A stretch of DNA of 64,000 nt from Acidobacteriota bacterium (GTDB lineage Bacteria > Acidobacteriota > Terriglobia > Acidiferrales > UBA7541), in contig QHYS01000028.1 of assembly GCA_003223325.1 (NCBI GenBank), positions 38,127 to 102,126 on the forward strand. The letters are read 5' to 3'. Under the pieces are notes generated by a model. That model searched no databases. It saw only the letters and a program-made list of their open reading frames with translations, and had not been told where the DNA came from. Positions 41,000-50,359 of the stretch are shown piece after piece (the first letter of the stretch is position 1; each line of letters starts with the position of its first letter). A program made the translations under genes and the position numbers.

Positions 41000-41305
41000 T
41001 CAACCAATCTCCATCCTTTGACGACCTCGGGGCTGATGAGGTCTGATGACATAGTTCCATTCACCATGAAACCGATCCGGTTGAAGATTGATGCCCTTCA
41101 TTTCTTCCTTGCTGACTTTGCGACCGGTTGGATATTTGCGGCGGTCCAATCGGCAGGTCACTGTCAGCCCTTTCGCAGTCGTCGTCTTGGCAATGAGATG
41201 GACGACGGTTTCGTAATCTCGCAGTGGCTCGCCACGCCAATTCGATGAGGACGCGCACACTAAACAGACAGAATGGCCGTCCTCGGGCTTTTCCCAGCCA
41301 GAACC
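41000..41305 (-). pseudogene. ISAzo13-family transposase fragment (C-terminal ~100 aa only)
   Basis: SSNWRGEPLRDYETVVHLIAKTTTAKGLTVTCRLDRRKYPTGRKVSKEEMKGINLQPDRFHGEWNYVIRP matches the conserved C-terminus of ISAzo13 transposases. Nothing resembling the N-terminal ~350 aa is found upstream. Confidence 0.6.
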
Positions 41306-41689
41306 CTGGGCTTGCGGCTGAGTGCTAATTGGGCCCGATTCGCAACCGAACCTGAAGGCCTTGGAGAAGGATGCGAGCGACTTCAAGAACTTTGGGCAGT
41401 TTGTCGCCGCAGTGCACGCGCATCAGGCGAAGTACTTCCGTACCGGTCTAATGGGTCCGCTGGGCTATCGACCCGGTACGGTGCAAAACGCAAAATGTAT
41501 GCGTGTTCGGCGTGATGTGCGGTAGTTCGGGGCCTCGCGGTAACCTGCCCTTATCGCTGAGGTTCCTGAGCCGGCCAGTCCGGCCGCTGCCGCAGGTTGC
41601 GTCTGGCACATTCCTTCCAAAACCCCATGCCACGAGCGGCCGGGCCCCCACCGGCCGCTCACTATTTGACTGGACTATGCGGCGGCTGG

Positions 41690-41896
41690 TTAGCGAACGT
41701 GCCGGCTCGGCCGGTAGGTGGTCAGAGGACGCGGCCTCAATCTGAGCTGTGGACTCAGTGGTGGCGGCACATTGTGCAGCGGCTCGCCACAATTGCTGCA
41801 ATGCTCCCCTGGAGCTGTATCGGCCCGCAACCAATGTCCGCGTGCCTGGCACTCCGGATTGATGCACTGCACGGTCCATCCCGGCAAATAACGCAC
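41690..41896 (-). CDS. possible small zinc-ribbon protein (very tentative)
   Basis: GTG-start 68-aa ORF with CINPEC ... CSNCG. It lies in a region that otherwise looks like decayed sequence. Confidence 0.2.
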   Translation of the reverse strand: MRYLPGWTVQCINPECQARGHWLRADTAPGEHCSNCGEPLHNVPPPLSPQLRLRPRPLTTYRPSRHVR

Positions 41897-42144
41897 GATG
41901 CCTCACAATATGTAGTAGTCCATTTCCCGAACCTGTGGAAATCGTTTGAAGACCGCTGAGTCCATGAGGCGGGGTTCGGGACACGGAAATCCCGCATTCT
42001 GTCGAGTAGTGAAACCCGAGAACCGGCTTTTTCGTTCCCTGCAGCGTCTGGTACGGAACTGGGGGCGTCACAACCCCTGTGATATAACGTTTAGGTCGGT
42101 AGGGCCAGCGAGCTTGAGCCCAGTCAACTGCGGTGGGAGAAATC

Positions 42145-42735
42145 ATGAGCAAGGTTTTCATTCTGGGGCTTCTTGGATCTGTTTTGGCAATTCCTGCTGC
42201 CACGCAGACGGGTCAGCCATCCGGCGCGAGTTCCGCCAATCCGCTATCCACTTGGCTCCGCAACGCCTACATGGGGAATCGCAACATCATTGTGCGATCG
42301 GCGGAGAAAATGCCGGAAGAAAATTACGGCATGCGCCCCGGGACGCAACAGGAAGTGCGCACGTTCGGCCAACAGGTCGGGCACGTCGCCAATTACAATT
42401 TTCTGTGGTGTTCTCAGGCCAAGGGCGAAAAGAATCCCAACGCCGGCAATAATCTCGAAAAGCTGAACACCAAGGCTGAGTTCCTCAAGGCTTTGAATGA
42501 CGCCTTCGCTTATTGCGACGGCGTTTACTCTTCGCTGACCGATGCGTCCGGAACGGAGATGATCGACATCACCCAGGAAAGCGGCCGGCAAACTCGCAAT
42601 TTGCGCATGGCTCTTCTGATCCTGAATTTTGCACATAACAACGAGATCTACGGGAATATAGTCACTTATATGCGCATGAAAGATATCGTTCCGTCGTCTT
42701 CGGAGCCTCGGCCCCAGCCGCAACAACCACACTGA
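42145..42735 (+). CDS. DinB-family (DinB_2-like) exported protein
   Basis: The ATG at 42145 is preceded by GGGAGA and followed by a signal peptide. Four-helix-bundle His pattern: QQVGHVANYNF ... ILNFAHNNEIYG. Confidence 0.7.
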   Translation: MSKVFILGLLGSVLAIPAATQTGQPSGASSANPLSTWLRNAYMGNRNIIVRSAEKMPEENYGMRPGTQQEVRTFGQQVGHVANYNFLWCSQAKGEKNPNAGNNLEKLNTKAEFLKALNDAFAYCDGVYSSLTDASGTEMIDITQESGRQTRNLRMALLILNFAHNNEIYGNIVTYMRMKDIVPSSSEPRPQPQQPH

Positions 42736-42788
42736 CCCGCGGGGAGACATTCACGTCCGTGCGCCTTGGCGTCTGATGCGTTGCTCTC

Positions 42789-44101
42789 ATGGCTGCATTT
42801 TGGAAAATTCGACTTCTAGGCATGGTCGGCGTTCTTCTCCTTGCCCCGGGAGCGCCGGCTCTTGCAACACCCTCCGGCTCAGCGGGTATATCGGCCGCCA
42901 TTGCCTTCCAGCCGCTGGCCCCAAACGCTGAACAGGTGGCTCCTAAGGAGCCACTACGGGCCTACAAGCTTCCGCCTGACAAGGAAGCTCAGGCCGTTGC
43001 CTACGCACACTCGCGCCACGAACTCTATTTCCTCGACTTTCTCTTCAGCGTGGTAGGGCTGGTCCTCTTGATTCAACTCGCGGTGGCCCCCAGACTGCGC
43101 GATCGGGCTGAGCGCCTTTCTCGTAATCGATTTCTTCAAGCCCTTGTGTTTGCCGGACCATTTTTCATTGTGCTCGGTTTTTTGAGCCTGCCTTCGGCGG
43201 CCGCCGGCCACTGGCTGGAGCGCTACTACGGACAATCGGTCCAGGGTTGGGGCTCGTGGTTTTGGGACGCAGTGAAGGGTGGTGCGTTCGCGCTGGTTCT
43301 GGCCATCGTGCTGGTCTGGCTATTTTACGGCCTGGTGCGCCGCAGCCCACGCCGTTGGTGGTTCTACGCCTGGCTCGGCTCGCTGCCAATTTTGATTTTT
43401 CTGATTTTTGTCGAGCCGCTCGTTCTCGAGCCCCTTTTCTTCCGGTTCACGCCGCTGGCGGCCAGTGACCCGCAGCTCACCGCCGAGATTGAAAGGGTGG
43501 TTCAGCACGGCGGCCGGGAGATTCCCGAAACGCGCATGTACCGGATGAATGCCAGCTCCAAGCTAAACGCGCTGAACGCGTATGTAACCGGCATCGGTGC
43601 CTCGGAACGTGTGGTCGTGTGGGACACGACGATCGCGCAGTTGACCACGCCCACCACATCCGCAACGGAATGATTTTCGCGGCAGGCGTTCTGCTCATTT
43701 TTCTTTTTGCGGGCTTTCACGCTCTGCACTGGGCGATCGGACGATTCGGAGGGAGAAGGAAAATTCGCGGTGCGGGCGACTGGGCCTCGCTGCCCGTGTT
43801 GATATTCGCGATCCTGATTTTCAATTTCCTTTTCACCCCGATGGATAACGCTTATAGACGCCATTTAGAGCATCAGGCGGATCAGTACGGCCTCGAAGTG
43901 GTACATGGAATCGTGACTGATGCGCCTCAAGTGGCCGCGGAGACTTTCCAGATTCTAGGCGAAATCGATTTGGCCGAGCCCTCGCCTTCCACCGCCGTAA
44001 GAATCTGGTTCTACGATCATCCGCCGCTCGACGACAGAATTCTCTTCGCACAAACCTACGATCCCTGGCACACGGGTGAAGCGCCGGCATTTGTGAAATA
44101 G
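42789..44101 (+). pseudogene. M48 (Ste24/HtpX-like) membrane metallopeptidase, frameshifted and lacking HEXXH
   Basis: ORF 42789-43673 gives the N-terminal TM region and NASSKLNALNAYVTGIGASERVVVWDTTI. ORF 43619-44101 gives the TM plus the third zinc-ligand block RRHLEHQADQYG and YDHPPLDDRI. The junction at 43640-43675 contains no HEXXH in any frame. Confidence 0.7.
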
Positions 44102-44166
44102 TGCTGGCGTGCTCGAAGCAACGAAGCTGCGCGCACAATCGCTCGTGATACAGTGCAAGGGGTCCG

Positions 44167-44634
44167 ATGAGGAGAATCGTGCTGACCCAAATCGTTGTAG
44201 CGGCGCCGGAGGATGTGTTCATCTTTTTCGTGCCGCAATGGATGCCTTACTGGTATGGGCCGGAGATGCGCAGCTCTTTCGAAACGCAGGGCTGCGGCGG
44301 ACCGGAGTTTCGAGCCGGATCCAAAGTACGGATTTCGGGGCGACTGGCGACTCGAACGTTTTCGCATACTGCGGTCGTGACGGCATTCGAGAATGGGAGG
44401 CTTTTTGAATGGCGATTTGAAGACGCCTACGGCGTGCGCGGCAGCGAACGCTGGGAAATGGAACGGCTGGAAAATTCCTCGGGCGCGCGGACGATGATTC
44501 GCTTTACAAACGACTGCGAAGTTCCGGGACGCTTTGGCCGCGTGATCGATTGGCTGTTGACGCGACATGCGCTCGCACGCAGGAATCGCGACTACCTTAA
44601 CGAGCTGGCGCGCCTGGCGGAGCGGCGACCGTGA
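44167..44634 (+). CDS. SRPBCC (START/polyketide-cyclase-like) family protein
   Basis: 155 aa with I.V.AP.E.VF....... then beta-rich W.FED...G.ERWE.E, typical of the SRPBCC fold. The assignment is by pattern only. Confidence 0.65.
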   Translation: MRRIVLTQIVVAAPEDVFIFFVPQWMPYWYGPEMRSSFETQGCGGPEFRAGSKVRISGRLATRTFSHTAVVTAFENGRLFEWRFEDAYGVRGSERWEMERLENSSGARTMIRFTNDCEVPGRFGRVIDWLLTRHALARRNRDYLNELARLAERRP

Positions 44635-44685
44635 GGGAGCGAGGCATGATCGGTTCAGAGTTGCTTTCGGTGGCGCTACTTTCCC

Positions 44686-45669
44686 ATGAATTACGCCGCC
44701 GACGAAATCCCGGCCATTGATTACATGAACACCTCCGAGCCTTCACATTCCGACGGCGCTGCGCCGCAGATGCTTTCCGGGTCCCGGCCGTTCCTGCTGG
44801 AATCGATTTTTCTCGCACCGCACGGCCTGCGCGCCGGCTGGCGCGCCGTTTTCTATGCGGCCCTCTTCTTTCTTTTGCTGTCCACTGCGGCAATGGCCGG
44901 CAGGCTGCTTCATCTTGCAGCGCTCGCGCTCGGCGGAGCGATCACGCCGGCCGTGCTGGCTACGCAGGAGGGTCTGGCGGTCGTCTGCGCGATTGCCGCG
45001 GCCCTGATACTCGGCCGCCTGGAGCGGCGCAGCTTCGAGGCCTATGGCATGCCTTTGACGCAGTCATTTGGAAGGAACTTCTGGCTCGGCATCATGTGGG
45101 GAATCGCGACGATCAGCGCGCTCATGCTGGTCATTCGCATGCTGGGCGGGTATTCCCTCGGCACTCTAGATCTTCCTCCCACCGATGTGGCGCGCTATGC
45201 GCTCGAGTGGTTGGGGGCCTTCTTCCTGGTGGGAGTGTACGAGGAGTTTTTCTTTCGCGGCTATCTGCAATTCACTCTGACCTCAGGAATAGGTTTCTGG
45301 CCCTCCGCGGTGCTCCTTTCCTTGGCATTTGGCGCTGTGCATCTGCGCAATCCAGGCGAAGGACCGGTGGGCGCGCTGAGCGTATTCGTAACCGGAATGT
45401 TTCTGTGCTTCACGCTGCGCCGCACCGGAACGCTTTGGTTCGCTATCGGATTCCACGCAGCCTACGATTTCGGCGAAACTTATCTCTATTCTGTGCCGAA
45501 TAGCGGCATCGTCATGCCGGGGCATCTGCTGGCGTCGTCGTTTCACGGACCGGCGTGGCTGACCGGCGGTACGGTTGGTCCCGAAGGCAGCGCGTTTGAT
45601 TTCGTAGTCATGGCGATTCTGTTTGTTGTCTTCGATCGCGCTTATCGCGTCCGCCGCCTTTCAAATTGA
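44686..45669 (+). CDS. CPBP-family intramembrane glutamic endopeptidase (CAAX protease/Abi)
   Basis: Motif 1 is GVYEEFFFRGYL, motif 2 is FGAVH, motif 3 is HAAYDF. The protein is polytopic. Confidence 0.85.
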   Translation: MNYAADEIPAIDYMNTSEPSHSDGAAPQMLSGSRPFLLESIFLAPHGLRAGWRAVFYAALFFLLLSTAAMAGRLLHLAALALGGAITPAVLATQEGLAVVCAIAAALILGRLERRSFEAYGMPLTQSFGRNFWLGIMWGIATISALMLVIRMLGGYSLGTLDLPPTDVARYALEWLGAFFLVGVYEEFFFRGYLQFTLTSGIGFWPSAVLLSLAFGAVHLRNPGEGPVGALSVFVTGMFLCFTLRRTGTLWFAIGFHAAYDFGETYLYSVPNSGIVMPGHLLASSFHGPAWLTGGTVGPEGSAFDFVVMAILFVVFDRAYRVRRLSN

Positions 45670-45675
45670 TCGGTT

Positions 45676-46923
45676 CTACGCCCGCTCGGGCTCACGGATG
45701 CGAATTTGGAACGGCGGCTTTTTTCCGATCCTCAACGTGAGCGTTCGTGGAGAAGTGATATCCAACGAGTGCGCGGGGTCCCGAATCAGCACGCCATCGA
45801 TTTCAACCGCTCCCTGTCGAATCAGACGCTCAGCTTCCGTTCGGGAATTTATTCCGGCCTTCATCATCAGCCGCGTCAGTCTAACCTTGCCGGTGAGATC
45901 GAAATCGTACTGCTTCATCTCGTCAGGAGCTTGCCGCTTCCGGTAGACCTGGTCAAATTCGTCCGCAGCTTTCTTTGCGGCATTCTCCCCGTGGAATTCG
46001 GTAACGATCGTGCGGGCAAGCTGAGTCTTTACTTTTTTGGGATGGAGCACGCCAGTGCGGACTGCTTCTTTAAGGCGCACGATGACGGGCGGCGCGAAAT
46101 CGGTGAGCAGGTCGTAATACGACCACATCAGCTCATCGGAAATAGACATGAGCTTGCCGAACATCTGGGTGGGCGATTCCGTGATGCCCACGTAATTGCC
46201 GAGGCTTTTGGACATTTTGCGTTGGCCTTCGGTGCCCACGAGAATGGGCATGGTTAGCGCCACTTGCGATTCCTGGCCATATTCGCGCTGGATATCGCGG
46301 CCCAGCAGCAGATTGAATTTTTGTTCTGTGGCGCCGAGTTCCACGTCAGCCTTCAACTCCACTGAGTCATACGCCTGATAGAGTGGGTATAGCAGCTCGT
46401 GAACGGCGATGGGTTCCTGCTTTTGCAGGCGAGAGCGAAAATCCTCACGCTCGAGCAGCCGCGCGACACGATATTTGGCGCACAGCCGAACGATCTCCTG
46501 ATTGGTGAGAGGGTCGAGCCAATCGGCGTTGTTGCGAATTTCTGTCTTGTTTGGGTCGAGCAGCTTAAAGACCTGATCCAGATATGTCTTGGCGTTGGCC
46601 TGTACTTGCTCCGTTGTGAGCGGCGGGCGAGTTTCGGATTGTCCGGTGGGGTCGCCGACAAGGGCCGTGAAGCCGCCGATTAGAAAGATTGCCGTGTGGC
46701 CTTCATCCTGAAAATGCTTGAGCTTGCGCAGCACGACCGTGTGGCCGAGATGCAGGTCGGGCGCAGTGGGATCAACTCCGAGCTTCACTCGCAACGGCTC
46801 GCCGGAGGTGCGGGAGCGTTCGAGCTTGGCGCGCAACTCTTCTTCACGAATTACTTCGGCAGAGCCTTTGCGGAGGGCTGTGAGCTGCTCGTCTACGGTA
46901 CGAAATTTGTGCGGCGCTGTCAT
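45676..46923 (-). CDS. tyrS: tyrosine--tRNA ligase (with C-terminal S4 domain)
   Basis: The ATG at 46923 overlaps the purN stop (ATGA). Motifs: HLGH (DLHLGHTVVL), KMSKS (RKMSKSLGN), S4-like tail. The ORF-track extension to 47298 overlaps purN and is not credible. Confidence 0.93.
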   Translation of the reverse strand: MTAPHKFRTVDEQLTALRKGSAEVIREEELRAKLERSRTSGEPLRVKLGVDPTAPDLHLGHTVVLRKLKHFQDEGHTAIFLIGGFTALVGDPTGQSETRPPLTTEQVQANAKTYLDQVFKLLDPNKTEIRNNADWLDPLTNQEIVRLCAKYRVARLLEREDFRSRLQKQEPIAVHELLYPLYQAYDSVELKADVELGATEQKFNLLLGRDIQREYGQESQVALTMPILVGTEGQRKMSKSLGNYVGITESPTQMFGKLMSISDELMWSYYDLLTDFAPPVIVRLKEAVRTGVLHPKKVKTQLARTIVTEFHGENAAKKAADEFDQVYRKRQAPDEMKQYDFDLTGKVRLTRLMMKAGINSRTEAERLIRQGAVEIDGVLIRDPAHSLDITSPRTLTLRIGKKPPFQIRIREPERA

Positions 46924-47552
46924 GGAATCGGAATGGCGTAGGACTCCGCCGTGGGCAGGACGCGGCGGCCTTCGATGAGGAATTTGCCGGAGAGCACGAG
47001 GCGAACGGCTTCCGTGTAAATGCGGTGCTCTTCGTTCAGAATGCGGGCGGCGAGGGTCTTTTCCGTGTCGTCGGGTTTGACGGGGACAATCGCCTGCACA
47101 ACGATGGGACCCGCGTCGAGATTTTCGTCCACGAAATGGACCGTGCAGCCGCTGAATTTCACGCCGTAGTCGAGCGCCTGGCGCTGTGACTCGAGTCCGG
47201 GAAACGCTGGCAGCAGGGACGGATGGATATTGAGAATGCGACCGCGAAACGCCGCAACGAAGTAGGGTGAGAGAAGGCGCATGAATCCGGCGAGGCAAAC
47301 CAGATCCACGCGCGCCTCGTTGAGCGCGGCAACCACCAGGCGGTCGTAGGCTTCACGCACCACTCCTTTTGACGGAATCACGCGCGCGGGGATGTGGCGC
47401 TCGGCGGCGCGGAGGAGGCCGGGAGCGTCTTCGCGATTGCTGATGACGATGGAAATTTCAGCATCCGGAATGCGGCCCGCCGCGACGCTATCCGCGAGCG
47501 CCTCAAAATTGGAACCGCGTCCGCTAAGCAAAACCCCAATTCTCTTGGTCAT
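46920..47552 (-). CDS. purN: phosphoribosylglycinamide formyltransferase
   Basis: IGVLLSGRGSNF, LAGFMRLL, NIHPSLLPAF.G, GCTVHFVDE.LD.GPI. Confidence 0.95.
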   Translation of the reverse strand: MTKRIGVLLSGRGSNFEALADSVAAGRIPDAEISIVISNREDAPGLLRAAERHIPARVIPSKGVVREAYDRLVVAALNEARVDLVCLAGFMRLLSPYFVAAFRGRILNIHPSLLPAFPGLESQRQALDYGVKFSGCTVHFVDENLDAGPIVVQAIVPVKPDDTEKTLAARILNEEHRIYTEAVRLVLSGKFLIEGRRVLPTAESYAIPIP

Positions 47553-47631
47553 GAGCCAGTCACGTTAGCATATCCATCTCGGGCCGTCTAAAAGACACAG
47601 CCGAAACGCGCCATGGGCCGGGAAGGCGAAG

Positions 47632-48114
47632 TTACTTGGCGGAGTCGGCGGCGGATTGGAGGGCGTCGCCGATGAGCATGACGGCTTTCCACTCATCGAG
47701 GAAGACGGCGCCGAGGTGCTTATAAAAGTCGATAGCTGGCTTATTCCAGTCGAGGACCTCCCAACGCATGCAGAAGTAATTTTCATTCCAGGCGATACGC
47801 GCCACATGCGCGAGCAAAGCCTGGCCGATGCCCTGCTTTCGAAGGTTCGGCCGGACATAAATATCGTCGAGAAACAACCCGGCGCGTCCCTGAAACGTGG
47901 AGTAGAACTCAAAGAAAACGGCATAGCCGGCGGCCTTTCCATCCAATTCGGCGATGACCGCGCGAAATTTGGGGTGCGGGCCGAAGCCGTCGCGAGCGAT
48001 AGATTCCGCGGTGACCGCCGCTTCGTGGGCGAGGTGCTCATACTCGGCGAGCTCGAGGATCATGGTAGCCAGGAGCGAGGCGTCGTTGATCGTGGCGGGG
48101 TGGATCTTGAGCAT
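47632..48114 (-). CDS. GNAT-family N-acetyltransferase
   Basis: Acetyl-CoA motif A is VRPNLRKQGIGQALL. The ATG at 48114 is preferred over the TTG at 48138, which overlaps the upstream gene. Confidence 0.8.
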   Translation of the reverse strand: MLKIHPATINDASLLATMILELAEYEHLAHEAAVTAESIARDGFGPHPKFRAVIAELDGKAAGYAVFFEFYSTFQGRAGLFLDDIYVRPNLRKQGIGQALLAHVARIAWNENYFCMRWEVLDWNKPAIDFYKHLGAVFLDEWKAVMLIGDALQSAADSAK

Positions 48115-48124
48115 AGGCGCGAAC

Positions 48125-48367
48125 TTAATTGATATCAATTTGAAGGCCGCCGACCCATCTTGAGGCGACGTTGTAAATCAGAGCGCCCAGGGCTGCAAAG
48201 ACTCCATCTATAAGCGCGTAATGGGCGGAAGAACGATGATGGCTGCAGGTCCGAAGGGGGAAGATGTTGCGGGGAGGCTGGTTTGCTCCTGGCAAGTCCA
48301 TCCGCGACAGCACAACCAGCTCTATAAAAAAGGCCAAAGCGAACCCGAGAATAAACTCGTATGTCAT
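48125..48367 (-). CDS. small hypothetical membrane protein (80 aa)
   Basis: The ATG at 48367 overlaps the purM stop (ATGA). Two hydrophobic segments: FILGFALAFFIELVVL and GVFAALGALIYNV. Confidence 0.45.
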   Translation of the reverse strand: MTYEFILGFALAFFIELVVLSRMDLPGANQPPRNIFPLRTCSHHRSSAHYALIDGVFAALGALIYNVASRWVGGLQIDIN

Positions 48368-49410
48368 AAGGGCAGGGAGCCGGTGAAGACCATGGGGGCC
48401 TTGCGGGAGTCGGCGTTGCGGATTTCGCCGATGCGGTAGCACTTCTCGCGGCGGCGTTTCAGTTCGGTTTCGACGGCGCGCAGATTGGCGGGCGGGACGA
48501 TCAGGATCATGCCCACGCCGAGATTGAAGGTGCGCAGGAGTTCATCGCGCTCGATCTGGCCGAGTTTGGCCAGATAGGAAAAGATGGGTAGGACGGGCCA
48601 GGAACCCAGCTCGACGACGGCCTGCGTGCTGCGCGGCAGGACGCGCGGCAGGTTGCCGGGAATTCCGCCGCCGGTGATATGCGCCATGCCGTTGAGAAGC
48701 CCCTGGGCGACGATCGTTTTCAACATGGGCCAATAACAGCGGTGTGGCATGAGGAGCTCGGCGCCGATTTTGTTGCTGATTTCGGCGACGTAGGCGTCTG
48801 GGGCAAGCCCGGCGCTTTCGAAGACCAATTTGCGGGCGAGCGAATAGCCGTTGGTGTGGAGTCCGAGCGACGGCAGGGCCAGCAGGACGTCGCCGGCGCG
48901 GACGGCGTTGGTCTTGGGGATGCGGCTGCGCTCGACGACCCCAACGACGAAGCCGGCGAGGTCGTATTCGCCGGGAGCATAGGTATCGGGGAGCTCCGCG
49001 GTTTCGCCTCCGACCAGGGCACAATCAGCCTGATGGCAGGCGCGGGTGATGCCTTCGACGATCTGCTCGACGACGTCGGGATCCATGCGGCCGAGCGCCA
49101 GATAATCGAGAAAGAAGAGCGGCTCGGCGCCCAGCGTGAGGATGTCGTTGATGCAGTGATTGACCACATCGCCGCCCACCGTTGAGTGGATGCCCATAGC
49201 CGCGGCGATTTTTAATTTGGTGCCAACGCCGTCCGTGCTGGAGACGAGCACGGGCTCGCGCCAGCGTTTGACGTCCAGGGCAAACAGGCCGCCGAAGGCG
49301 CCGATACCGCCGACGACGCCGCGCGTGAAGGTCCGCGAGGCCATGCGGCGAATCCGTTCCTTGGCTTGTTCGGCGCGAGAGATATCCACGCCAGCGTCGG
49401 CATAGCGCAT
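48364..49410 (-). CDS. purM: phosphoribosylformylglycinamidine cyclo-ligase
   Basis: YADAGVDI, DGVGTKL, DYLA, GGETAE.P, HTNGYSL, AHITGGG. Confidence 0.95.
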   Translation of the reverse strand: MRYADAGVDISRAEQAKERIRRMASRTFTRGVVGGIGAFGGLFALDVKRWREPVLVSSTDGVGTKLKIAAAMGIHSTVGGDVVNHCINDILTLGAEPLFFLDYLALGRMDPDVVEQIVEGITRACHQADCALVGGETAELPDTYAPGEYDLAGFVVGVVERSRIPKTNAVRAGDVLLALPSLGLHTNGYSLARKLVFESAGLAPDAYVAEISNKIGAELLMPHRCYWPMLKTIVAQGLLNGMAHITGGGIPGNLPRVLPRSTQAVVELGSWPVLPIFSYLAKLGQIERDELLRTFNLGVGMILIVPPANLRAVETELKRRREKCYRIGEIRNADSRKAPMVFTGSLPL

Positions 49411-49591
49411 ACGTTTTAGGCCTTGTTCCTGGGAACGCGGGCGTCAGCGCGAGAGTTTAAACAGGCCTCGCGCATTTTCGCAAGAACGAGAGAAAAAAGC
49501 AGATCCCACGCCCGCCTGCGGGGGCTCGGGATGACATCAAAAGATTTCCGCCAACATGCTGCTGCCGCAGGCAGGCTCCCGAAAACCACCG

Positions 49592-50359
49592 CTAGAACGT
49601 TGTGAGGAGGCGGCGCCAGCGCACTAGTCGCGGGTGCAACAGGGCGTTGGCATATGCGTAGATGCGTTCGCGCACCTGACCTGGCTGCCAAGCGTCCTCA
49701 TTCGCCTGCACGGACATGTAAATCACCACAGGAGTGCCGATGATATTGGACTCCGGCACAAAGCCCCAGTCGCGGCTGTCCCAGGAATCTTCACGATTGT
49801 CGCCAAGAACGAAATAGCTGCGCGCGGGAACGGTGACCGGACCGAAGTTATCGCCCGCGTTGGGCGGGTCGTGGCGATATGGCTCGCTAAGGGGCTGGTC
49901 GTTCACGAAGACGCGGCCCTGGCGAATGGCCACGGTGTCTCCGGGCATGCCGATCAGGCGCTTGATGAAATCTTCATCGCGGTCGGGAAGCGGCGCGTGA
50001 AAGATCACCACCTGCTGGCGGCGCGGTTCGCGCCAGAGGCGCAGGTGATAACGCGTGAAGGGCAAGCCGATGTCGTAGCCGAAGCGGCTCATGAGCAGAT
50101 GATCGCCCACGAGCAGGGTGCCCTCCATGGAAGCGGAGGGGATCACGCGCGCTTGCACCATCGTGCCGGTAATCAGGAAAAAGGCCAAGGCCACCCAGAC
50201 CCAGGAAAGTAGTTCACGAACGACGATTTGGCGGAACGTCCTGGACTGACCGGCGGGCGAATGGCTCTGGGGGCCGGCGGTCGCCAAAATAGTGCCCCCG
50301 GAAAGTTTGGCCTCCGCGCCTGGGCTCGTGGGATCAACGCTCGCGAAATTATCACTCAC
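49592..50359 (-). CDS. lepB: signal peptidase I
   Basis: Catalytic Ser box [10 protein letters not shown], Lys box [26 protein letters not shown]. The likely GTG start at 50359 overlaps the purF stop (ORF open to 50452). Confidence 0.85.
   Translation of the reverse strand: MSDNFASVDPTSPGAEAKLSGGTILATAGPQSHSPAGQSRTFRQIVVRELLSWVWVALAFFLITGTMVQARVIPSASMEGTLLVGDHLLMSRFGYDIGLPFTRYHLRLWREPRRQQVVIFHAPLPDRDEDFIKRLIGMPGDTVAIRQGRVFVNDQPLSEPYRHDPPNAGDNFGPVTVPARSYFVLGDNREDSWDSRDWGFVPESNIIGTPVVIYMSVQANEDAWQPGQVRERIYAYANALLHPRLVRWRRLLTTF

Noticed and set aside
41448-42203. 251-aa ORF on the minus strand
   Set aside because: It has no motifs. It overlaps several other equally long ORFs in other frames and runs into the DinB-family gene start. 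The region looks like decayed non-coding sequence.
46924-47298. N-terminal 125-aa extension of the tyrS ORF (ORF track 45676-47298)
   Set aside because: The extension is Arg/Pro/Ser-rich, overlaps purN in another frame and has no TyrRS homology. The ATG at 46923 gives the normal TyrRS N-terminus and overlaps the purN stop.
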